NCBI GenBank assembly: GCA_051294375.1
Contig: CM119263.1
Coordinates: 16,098,532-16,162,531, forward strand
Length of the DNA stretch: 64,000 bases
Source: Paraspadella gotoi
Taxonomy: Eukaryota; Animalia; Chaetognatha
Reading direction: 5' to 3'
The position numbers and the translations under genes are program-made. Positions 12,664 to 24,600 of this stretch are shown piece by piece. Position 1 is the first letter of the stretch. Every line of letters starts with the position of its first letter. The notes below the pieces were generated by a model. That model worked only from the letters and a program-made list of their open reading frames with translations. It was not told the origin of the DNA and ran no database searches.

Positions 12664-15600
12664 CTCGGCATCTCCTTCTCTCTCTCTCTCTCTCTTCTCT
12701 CTCTCTTCCTAGGCATCCGCTCCCTCCTTCACTCATCGCTGATCTCTCCTCTCTCTCTCACTGGAGGGTACAGGGACGATGACGTCGATACCTCTTGACG
12801 CCACACCCACTTCCGTCATTCGCGGCCTCGGTTCCGGTTGCGAGGGCGTCACCTTCACGACGGCCGGGGCCGGCGCCACCGGCCTCGGCGCAATCACCAC
12901 CACCGTCAATTCGGCGTCGGTCTCCGCCCCGGCGTCACCGCTGCATGGCCAGAGTCCTCTGCCGGGTCAGAAAGGGATCCTAATGTTTAAAGGACTATTT
13001 TTTTCATACAATCGAATCTTCGTTACTTTATTTATTTCATTTTGGCTTTTTTAATTTTTCAAGGGATCATTTTACAATAAATATTGACAATAACGAATTT
13101 CCCTCGTTCACGTCTTAGGAATGGCGTCGGTTTCCGCCCGAGCTTCGCCCCATCCCCAGGGAGGGTTGCCACATGCCGCCTCAACCCCAATGGGCATCTT
13201 CCAAACTCCGCAGGATATGGCAGGTGGGTCGCGGTTGCTTTGTGAAAAGGCAAGGTGGCAAGGCAGTGAAAAGTCTAAAACCTGAATAAAAAGAGTGTAA
13301 TGCGAGATATCAAGGTCTGCCAACTATTTATTAATATCGTTCCTCATTATACGGTAATTAATTGAAAACAGTATTAATTAGCATCGTCTTCTTAACTTCT
13401 AAAACCTCGTATTTATGATTTCTATTTAATCGAGTAACAACACAAGGAGTACTCGAAAAAAAAAATAACCGAGTAACTCAGTTAACTCGTTTCACATGAA
13501 CACTGAACATTGAACAGAGTTTTATTTTTAAAGTTTTTCGAATACTCCAGGAGGAATGATTAATTGTTTAGCAAAGCAATTATATTATTTATCAATATTA
13601 ATCCATTAATAGAACCATTCTTTTCATCACGCCTTTATTTTAACAAAACCTCCTTTTTTCCTCAAAGAATTTTTCGGGGGCGATCACTTCTCTCTCCTTT
13701 CTCTGACTTTCTCTCTGTCTCTCGCTCCGAATCTCCGTCTCCTTTCTTTTCTCGTTTTTAATAATCGAGCCGGAGTTAAAAAATTTTAATTTGAACGCTT
13801 CACTTGAAATTTCTTTCAATATTTTATTTTCTTAATCGGAATTTTCGAGGATTCATTGAAAGGAATCGAAATTAAAATGAAAACCTCATTGCTCTTTCCT
13901 CTTTGTTGTCGGGATTGCTAAAGTGGCCAAAGTGGCCACAGTGGCCAAAGTGGCAAGAGGGGCAAGAATGGCCCTTGTGGCCGGAGTGGCACTAGAGGCG
14001 AGAAGGCGTTCTCTATTTGATGTTACATTTGCAGCTTTCTGTTCCTCTGGGAAACCTAGTGCCATGATGAATTCTCATTTACTCTTTCATCATCTTCCTC
14101 AAAAAAATATCGCAAAACGATTCCCCCGAAAGATTCAATTGTTCAAAAACTAACGAGCCCATAATAAAAATACCTTCTTCCGCCCTCCAAAAACGATTTG
14201 CCCGCCCACTCAACGCATTCTCACCTCAAACCCTCCCACTTAACTCAAATCCCAATCGCCATAACCTTTTCGTCCTCCATTTCTGGCCTCAGCCCCTGCG
14301 GCGACTCTCTCCAACGCCGAGTGGCAAAGAGAGGCACTCAGGTTCGCCGTTCAGATTCTTCTCTCAAATTTGGCGGAGGAAAATTTCGACCTTTCCTTCC
14401 TACCCACGCCGCGTCCGCCAGTTCCGGGTTTCTGGTCCGCGGGAAATGTCTCGGGAGTCGTGACCGGATCGCAGGGGGTCGCAGCGTCGTTTCCCGGCGA
14501 GGAAGCCCCCTTCAAAGTCGACGAGGCAATTCGACTACCTTGCGCGTTTCGCCCGCCCGCGGCGGCGACGGTAGTGACGTCGGTGTTTAGAGAAGCGACG
14601 CCGACGTTTCCGTGGCAACGGGCACCCTCTTGGCAGCGTCGATTGGCTTTGTTGACGGATCGTCTGGCGCCGACGGGTCAGTCGTTTGATGACGGATTTG
14701 AATCATCGACGAATTCTCTTCGAGAATCCGCGGCGCTGATGACTAAGGAAGACGAAACCGTCCAACGATCCGTCGACGCCGTTGATCCATCGATCGTATC
14801 TGGCGCCGCCAACCATCGCTTGGTCGACCCCCCGGGTCAAGATTGTCACGCCCGTGCCGTTGCGAATTTCGATCCGCAAACTCTAACGCGTGACGTTGAC
14901 TCTAATGGCGTCTCGTATAAAACCGGAGTTTTGAATTTACCGGCAAAGTTTGATCAGTTCGGATTCGCTGTCCGAAATGAGGATGACCAACGCCATCTTC
15001 CCAGTTTCAAAGATATGAGAGAGAATTTTGACGATGCAACGGCGAGCGCTTCTTTGATCCCTGCCCAGGCGGCCAACGTCGTTGAGTCTGGCCTGGAAAA
15101 GTACGATGGTAACGAGTTCTTTATCTAAACTCACCTCGCTATATCTAATCTTGTTCATCGATGGGATCTTTCGGCAATCGTCTCTTCTTTCTAGATTTGG
15201 CTTTGGAAGAAATTTTTTTTTTTTTTTACTATATATCGCGGTTCTCTCTTTAAATTTTTATTTATATTAATTGACGTTTGTTTACTCACCTTTCATTTCA
15301 TGGAATTCAGATGAGGCGCGAGGGTTTATCTTTTCGCCTTTACAATTCCAAGATCCAAGTGAGTTCATTTTCATCCAAGGGATACTCGGTTTCAGACGTA
15401 GTCTTCAATTTTTTTTTTTTTTAAGTTTTTGGTATCTTAAGCTTTCGTCAGTAAGATTCCAAAATCAAAACTGTTCAGTTTGTTCTTTATGTTCGCCCGT
15501 TAATTCTTGTTCTTTAGTCTTTATCACTTCGCCGAGTTTTACTGGTCCGCCGTAAACTCAAAGCGTCAAACCCACGCATTTTTTTTTTTAACGCATATGC

Positions 15601-18600
15601 TTGCTCTCAAAAGATGAAACCTTTTCTTTTGAATTCTCTAACTGTATCACTCACAACTAAAAATCAACGTCACCCATCGCCCCTTTTATCGTGTTACTTC
15701 CACTCGACGCATGTTTCCTGTTCATTCACTCTTTGATTATCCCTCCACCCAACGCATGTTTTTATTCATTACCCCCCNNNNNNNNNNNNNNNNNNNNNNN
15801 NNNNNNNNNNNNNNNNNNNNNNNNNNNNNNNNNNNNNNNNNNNNNNNNNNNNNNNNNNNNNNNNNNNNNNNNNNNNNNNNNNNNNNNNNNNNNNNNNNNN
15901 NNNNNNNNNNNNNNNNNNNNNNNNNNNNNNNNNNNNNNNNNNNNNNNNNNNNNNNNNNNNNNNNNNNNNNNNNNNNNNNNNNNNNNNNNNNNNNNNNNNN
16001 NNNNNNNNNNNNNNNNNNNNNNNNNNNNNNNNNNNNNNNNNNNNNNNNNNNNNNNNNNNNNNNNNNNCTTTCTCTTCCCTATTCCTGCTTCTGTATTTAT
16101 ATATTTCCTTTTTCGATCTTTTCGTTTCGCTTATTTGTGTTGTTGATGATGCAGTTGGATTAGGTTCCCAGTCTTTTCTTAGCATCTAACAGGCTTATTA
16201 ATAATTACGTATATGTTGCAATTAAAATACATTGGTTTTTTTCAGTATTCCTTCAGAAAACTACCAAAAAAATATTTGAAACCAAATACGGTTCTTTTGA
16301 AAAAAAATAAAGGAATAAGAGCCACATAATGTAGATGGAACACATAATTTTACATAGTTCGACTAATTAATTAACTGATCTATCGAGTGAACAAAACACA
16401 TAAAAATAAAATGACAACAGAAAATTAACATAAGCAACTTTTCTTTAAAAATGTTAAAATGCACCATCACTAGCTGCCACCCGGAAAAACGAAGGTCCTG
16501 ATTTGTTGCTCTCATTTTTTACTCGTTTCCTGAGTTAGCAGTTTGTTTTTTCGCAAACTCAGGAAAAGAAAACAAAAATAAGGAAAGGAAAACAAAAGAC
16601 CGCATCGTTTGGCGGGAGAGATAGAAAATTTCTGTCTTGCGGAGGAGGAGGAGGAAGTTATAGAAAAAGCATTGATAAGTAAACTCACGGATATGGTGCT
16701 TAAGTAAAAAGGTAAAATTTAAAAAAAATGGATGGAAAAAAAGATAAAATAATTGCAGATAGGAAGAAATAAACGTAAATAAGCACAAAACTAATACGTA
16801 AAAAATTTAAAAAGTAAAAAAAAGCCTTGGAAGAAAGTAATAGAAAAAAATTTAAAAACACGATGAAAAAAAAATTTTAAAAGTGTGTGAGAAAAAGGAA
16901 AAGGCGCTAGAATGTATGATAATGTTTGTCTTGTGCCATTTTTTCTTCCTATTTCAGTTTGTTTTTGTCTTTTGTTTTGTTATTGATTTAGTTTGTGAAC
17001 CACTCGTTTGGGGCTTTTGGGGGCGTCTCTGTCAGGTTGACCTCGATGCTTTTTTCTGGAACGCTATCTCTTTATCTATTTCTCTCTCTCTCTCTCACTC
17101 CCTCTCTCTCTCTCTCTCACTCCCTCTCTTGCTCGCACATTCTCTCCTTCCGAGAATGCCGACGGCGTTCGAGTAAAAAAAATGAAGAGAGAAAGAAAAC
17201 TAGTAAAAGCTAATGGGCCCCGTTTTGCAAAATCGAGCAAAATGGAATGCTGTAAACAGGGCCAGAATCGTTAATACTGTATTTCGTTCGCATTTTCACA
17301 TGGCACCCAAGGAAAGAACTTTGTTGGCTTGGAGGCACATAGAAATACAAAATTACTGTTAAAATTACAATTATTACTGACATGAACTACGGCAGTAAAT
17401 ATTTTAAGAATTAAAATGCTATGAATTGTAGTATTCGGTTATATCACTACATATAATGAATATTACAAGAAGTAATTATTTTATTATCAACGAGTAAACT
17501 TATTTTGAGAGAAGAGAGAGCGAGAATGAATGAGAGAGAGGGAGAGTGAGTGCCTCGGGAGCTTTTTCCGATTTGTCTTACGATATTGTCGTCGATGGAA
17601 AGCTAAAGAATAGGAACAGGAAAGCCGAAGGAATTGAAGAGAAACAGAAAATATGTAAATGGATGAATAAATAAATTAAGGAACAATTTAATGAATGAAA
17701 GAAGAAATTTATGAATGATTTACGGACAGAATGACTCGATTGAAGAGCGAGTAATAATTCTTATGAGTTAGTGACAGAACCGTTCAATATAAGCAGTCCC
17801 TGAGCTTCGGATCAGGCTGTAACTCCGTGTTACAGGCTGGTTAAGCGTCCCGTCCCTCTTAACTGCTAGGCGACTACCGAGCTAGAATCCCGGACATTTG
17901 GGTTGGGAGGGGAATGACTTGCCTCCTGCTCCAACGGCCGCTGATGAACCGTTGGGGAATTTTAGTCCAGCTTACTATCAAAGAAATAATACTGGTTGTC
18001 AACGACACCTACATAGAGGTTGCTCATTTAAAGTCTGCAGGACGAGTGACAGACGTATATATAAACTATGTATTATACAGGGACTTCAATCTGGAGTTAT
18101 ATACGCGAAGTGAAAAGATCCCAAATCGGTTAAAATGTTCTTTCCAATGCGATTTCGCATGTAAGGAATTGACGAAATCGTTTATTTTTTTGCATGCAGT
18201 TGATATTTCTCCTTTTTTTTTGCCTTGCTTCAGCCGATTGTCATTGGTGATGTTTTTCCTGTGTTTGAGTCGTTGCTCTTTCGCCTTTGGTCGCGAAGCG
18301 AATTTCATCCTCCGATTCATGTCAGTTGTTAAGTCATTAACGCTTCTCTTCCGTTTTCCCTCAGGGCTAACGTCGAACGCTAACGTCATGCCGCTAATCG
18401 GGGACCTTACCAACAAAATCAAAGCCCTGTCTTCCAATATCAACGAAGCAGCGCTAGGTAAGGAACGGGACACGCCGATCCTCTCTTCTCTTCATCGGCG
18501 GATTTATGAATCGTTTCGTTTAAAACTCGTCAGGTGGCGCAAACTCTCAAACTCAAAACGCCGTCTCTATCGCCCAAGCTCAAGTTCAACTGGCGCAAGC

Positions 18601-21600
18601 GCAGGCACAAGTGAGATGGCCGACCATAAGTCTGAACGTGGTGGGGCAATTGAATTCTTTAAAAAAATCCCCGACCAGGTTGCCGCACTTCAAACTGGTC
18701 TCAACGCCCAGACTTCGACAGCCCTGTCGGCCACACATCTGAACGCTGCTGCCCTGAAACAGGTATTGGAGGATGAATTGGTGGATCATCTCTTGAACCA
18801 GGAAATGAGTAAGGTGAGGAGGCGGTCACGAGGGAAGGGGATAGAGATTAGAGGTAGTCGCGGTTTTAAAGGAGTGAAGTTCGAAAGGAAATCTCAAATA
18901 AGAATCGGTTTTTTTTTTTGTTTTTGTTTTTGTTTTTTTTACGCTTTGAAGAACAAAGTGGTACGCGAGCTTACCAGATAATTTTTTTTGATTTTTCGCT
19001 TTCATGACGCTTACTATATTCATATGTAATAAGCTTTAAAAAAAAAAAAATTTCGCTTCACGTGTAAAGAACCAACGCTTGTTTACTGATATAATTCGCT
19101 CGTTGCTTCTTTCACGCTCGCAAAAGGCCCAAACTCAATTGATACAACAACAAGCCATCGCGGCAGCCGCGCTTGCGGCGGCGCAGGCCAACGCTGATCC
19201 CAGGAGTAGCAACATTGGAGTTTTAGCAGGGGTATTTATTGCCTTTTTAAGTTGAGACAATTTGGAGGCGGGTAGGTCTCACCTTGGCTTGATCGCGCTT
19301 TGCTTCAGATGGGGATGCAACCATCGCCAAATGTTGCCGCAGCTGCCACACAGACCACCGCTATGACGACAACCGCAACGCCAATCATGAGTCAAATGCC
19401 GCAGCAGCCGCAGCAGCAGCCTTCACAACCTCATCCATCCAAACCCAAGGCAGGCTTCGCCAAATCAGAGTTGGAAACAAATACGAAAAAACAAGCCTCA
19501 ATAATTTCATCCCATTTCCCACTCTTTTTAATCCTTCTTTCTATCTTTTTTTTTCCTCGTTTGTTTTTTCACATTTTCACTCCTTCCTCCTTTTTTTTTC
19601 ACTCACTCGGATTTGATTTTTTNNNNNNNNNNTTTCACTCCTTCCTCCCTTTTTTCACTCACTCGGATTTGATTTTTTTTCCCCCCCATGTTATTTTTTT
19701 CCTTATTTTCTCCCGCGCTTTATTTTTCCTTTGTGGTTTTTACTCTTATTTTTTGTCTCCCTTTTTATTCTCTTTCTCGAATTTGCCTGCTCATTTTTAT
19801 TTCTTTTCTTCTTCTTTTTCCGAGTATTTTCCGCTGTTCCTCCTTGTTTTTCTTTTGTTTCACTGCGTCTTCTTTCTTTACTTTCCTCGCACTCCGTATT
19901 CCTTCTTCCGCCGCCTGCTCCTTTTCCCCCCAACTTGTCCTTAATGTCATTTCTTCTCGGCATCGTAGGTCGCCGTTTACATCGCGAAATACAACTACGA
20001 CCCGTTTCGGTTTTCCCCCAACGAAAATCCGGAGGCGGAACTTTGCATCAACGCCGGCGACTACATATTCGTCGTCGGCGAAATGGACGAGGTCAGCGAG
20101 GGACTGGGGTTGGGAAATGAAACTATGGGTTAAAATAATTTTGTCCAAAGTTAGCGGCAAGTTGGCTTATTTTTTGAATGAATGAATAATTATATGTTGG
20201 TTATGCTATTCCCATAAATCAAAGAATGATAATCTCGGAGCGTTCCATCCTCCAGGATGGATTCTTCGATGGCGAGACGATGGACGGTCGTCGCGGATTG
20301 GTTCCTTCGAACTTCATCGAAAAAGTGATGGACAACGACTTGCCCGACCTCGTGACGGTCAAAAACATGATCGCGCGCTTGACTCAGGCACAGGTAATGA
20401 GGAGCTTTGTTGGGGCTGATGAGACGTTTCATTGATATTGTTGATACATTCTCTCTCTCCCTCCCGCTTTGGCCAACGCAGTCTCGAAGCGTCGAAGCCA
20501 AAGCGGATCAAAAGCTCACCTTGCAGACGGCATCGCCGTCGTCGACGGGTTTGGCGACAGCTGCCGCTGCGGCTGCAGCGCCTGTTGTTGAAGCCGGGGG
20601 CGCCACGCCTCCGGCTGGTCAGCGGCAGCCACTCACCTCAGCGCAGCAAGCGAGGCTCGCCGTGGCCGCCAAAGCCCCGGGAATTGTGCCAGGTAGGAAA
20701 TCTACCCCATTATTATGAGGGTTGGCTAGAAGAAAAAAAATTTTCAATTCGTTTGATTCATCATACTTGGTCGTTCGTTTTATCTTTAGTGACGGAAACA
20801 GAAAAGGAGCAGATGTTGGCTCAACAGCTGCAGGAGGCACAAAATCGCATCAAGGAATTGCAGGATCAACAGCAAACCCAACAAAAGCAGCCGCAACCGC
20901 TTCAGCAGCAGCCAACGTCCATAGCTTCTTCGTCACTTCCCATGGCTCAACCAGTTATGTCGCAGAGGACAGTGATTGGTCAAATTTCCACGGCTCAGGT
21001 CGCCTCGACAACCGTTAATCAAACTGCGGCAGCATCTTCCATTGTGGCTCAATCACTTACTCATCCTCAAGGAATCGGTATTTATTATTTTTTGGCTAAA
21101 AAAGCATCTTGATCCCTTTCTCCATTATCCTATGTTGTTTTATTCACAGCTCAATCAACTGCCATCCCCTCGACAGGCTATCAACCGGGCCAACAAACAT
21201 TGCAACAAAATGTTCAGCCTCCCTTTCAACAGGGTCAGACTTCTTTGCCAATAACACAGCAATTGGGTCAAACGGTGGGCCAAGGGTTTGCAGGACAGTC
21301 TCAGTTACAAACTGGACAGCAACTTCAAGCAGGACAGTTGCACTCTGGACAACAAATTCAAACTGGTCAACAACCATTACAGCCTGGACATCAACAATTA
21401 CAAACAGGGCAACCAGGCCAGTCTAATTTACATCCTGGTCAGACATCGTTGCTTGGCCAGCAACCTGGTCAACAACCTTTACAACCGGGTCAGCAGCAGG
21501 TCCATCCTGTTCAACAATCCTTGCAACCTGGGCAACAACCCTTGCAGCCTGGGCAACAAACACTGCAACCTGGGCAACCACCACTTCAACCTGGGCAACA

Positions 21601-24600
21601 ACCACTTCAACCAGGACAACAACCAATTCACCCTGGGCAACAACCACTTCAACCCAGTCAACAACCTCTACAGCCGGGCCAAACAATGCAGCCAGGTCAA
21701 CAAGCAATGCAGCTAGGTCAACAACCAATGCAACCTGGGCAACAACCACTGCAACCTGGACAACAATCACTGCTACCAGGTCAACAACTACAACCAGGTC
21801 AACAACAACTACAACCAGGTCAACAATCTATGCAACATGGCCAGCAAAATCTCCAGACTGGACAGCAATCACTGCAACCCAGTCAACAACACTTGCAACC
21901 AGGTCAGCCATCTTTGCAGCCAGGCCAACAACCTCTACAGCCTGGTCAGCAACCATTGCAGCCTGGACAACAAACCTTAACAACTGGTCAACAACTGCAA
22001 CCAGGTCAACAATCACTGCAAACTGGTCAACAACCATTGCAAACTGGTCAACAGTCATTGCAGCCTGGTCAATCACAATTGCAATCTGGTCAACAGTCTA
22101 TGTTGCCTGGCCAAATTCAGTCGGGGCAAACAAATATACAATCTACTCAACAAGGGATGCCTGGGCAAATTCCTACAAGCCATCAAGGCCAAGGAATTCA
22201 CCAAAGTCAAATGGGTCAACTTCCAGCAACACAAGTACCGGGTCAAATCCCAACTACGACAAGTACATATGGCCAACAACAACCTGGAACACAAACACTT
22301 ACGAGTCAAGCACGAGACCAGTATGGGCAACCGGTTGGTCAATCTGCACCTACTCCCGTCAGTCATCCTGGTTTACAAATGAATCAATTTGGGCAGACTA
22401 TACCGACTACTCAAGAAAGTCAGTATGGCACCCAAGGTTTTGGAGCGCAACAACAACAACAAACTCAACAGCAGGGCCAATTCGGACAACCGTCTCAATT
22501 TGGCATTGGAACTAGACAACAAACTGGTCCTGGTGCATCACAAGCTCAGCAGGGTACAATGGGTCAATCAACTACAGGCCCTCGCCCCACGCCTTCTATG
22601 CCTGGTTTTCCGAGAGCCACATCACAACAACAAATACAGCAGTCGGGGGGACAGCTACGCCCTGGGCAGAACACACTTCAGGGGCAGGCCCAGGGCCAGG
22701 GACAGCTTTCGGGAGCCCCTGGCATGATGGGAGTCGGGGGGCAATTGCAGCAAATGCAGCAACAGCAAATCCGACCCAACATGCAACAACAAGGTTATTT
22801 TCTAAATAAAAAAATGAATTCACCAATTATTTTTCTTCATCGAGCTCCAACTTTAAATGCATTTATATTTTATAAAGGTACTGGAATGATCCAACCCCCG
22901 GGGGTAGGTCCGCCAGCCGGAGTGGCGGGAGTTATGGGCGGCACTCAGCTTACTTCTACTGAACCCGTTCCGGCCCCATCCTCGATCCAACTGGAGAGAC
23001 AAATGAATAACGGGGTGGTGATTTGTTGGCAACCTCCTCTGAACACACCCATGCACATGATTCAAGGATATCAGGCGAGTCGGAATACGATCGTGGAATT
23101 TTTGTGAAATGTTTTTCTTTTTTATAAAATATATAAAATTCCAACCAAACTTTCTTTATTCCTAGATTTTGGTCAACAAAGAAATTCGTAATCAAGTCTC
23201 TGTTTCGGAGCCTTGTCGTCAAATGGTGGACGGAGTCGACGCCAACCTCGTCAATCGAGTCTCCATCAAAACCATAATGCAGCGGGGAGTCTCCAAGGAA
23301 GGGGAATGCACTATGCTCGTCGGCAGAGGTTGGTCTCGTTAAGTCGTGCGAATAATAATTTGATTTGTAAAGGACTTCCGAAGCATAGTTCAAATAAACT
23401 ATAAAGGGAAGGGGATGTATTTTTTCAAATAAAACTATAAGAATTTTCAATCATAAAATTTTTTTTTCAAGATTGGGATCCAACGACTGAAGGTGAGGCT
23501 GTTAGAAATACTGATCATCTTTTTTTACAGCCCATAGTTACGTATGCATCAGATAACTTTAGTTTGAATACGATACCTCGGATAACTGGCAAACTGCATC
23601 TTCCTTTTTTTTGCAAATTTATGCCGCAATCTCAGCCAGAATTTTTTTTTCATAACTTTGATTTTGCGTTAATTTATGAAAATAGATAGGAAGATATTGT
23701 CCAAATATTATCATATAATCAAGTAACGAGGATTTTCATCTTTGCCTAAATCAATTCATTGAGCAGAAACAAATTGCCTGTATTTGTTTGAATTATTCCT
23801 TGAAGGCTTAATAGAGACTTTATAAATCCTCACATTAGTTTTTTTTTTTTTTTTTTTTTTTTTTTGTAAAAACACATTTTTGATGCAGCTGTTTTGAAAA
23901 ACTGCTTTTGGCACAACTTTATTTTTGAGCACTTTTGAAGCTGCATTAAGATTTGAATAATCTGTAGGCCATAATTATCAATATTATTTACTGAAGCTTA
24001 GCAATGAATTATACTTGAAAGTAAACTGAATTTCAAATAACACCAAAAAACTATATTTTTATTTCAGAGGCGAAAGCGATTCCGTCTGAACTAATGTTTC
24101 CGAGTTATGGAGCGGACAAAGCCACAATATCCTGGATGCCAGGGAATTCTAATTTTCATCATATCATTTACGTTAACAATAAGGTGAACAAATGCTTTTT
24201 GTTCGGATTTTGGAAGGCCGAGTATTTATATTATAAAGGTTCTAAACTCCAAAATCTCTTTCCCCCAAATCCCATGCACAGGAGGTTAAAACGATTCCAC
24301 CTAGTCGCTGTTCGGCCGACTTGGTTGATCTACTACCAAATACCCTCCACAAGATCTCGGTCCGCGCGAAGCCTCACGATGCCTTCCACGGGGGGCGCGG
24401 CCGTGGTCATATGGAACCGCAGTTGATTGCCACTGTCGATCTCAGGACGAAACCTCCGGGTTAGTGCTTATTATACTTTATACAACTTAATAGATGGCCT
24501 GTCGTTGATGGGGAACTGGTTTTTGACCCCCCGTCATCCTTTCCATTTATGCAATTCAGGCCCGCCAGAGCCGCCAACGAACATAACGGTGACCGCTGGT

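Noticed and set aside
17935-17960. CTGATGA as a hammerhead ribozyme core
   Set aside because: It lies in a simple hairpin loop, with no stem II followed by GAAA and no matching stems I/III.
17914-18981. 355-aa ORF as a single gene
   Set aside because: Chance read-through across the structured island, introns and short RIM-BP exons.
19570-19685. Direct repeat flanking the N gap
   Set aside because: Looks like an unmerged contig overlap, not biology.
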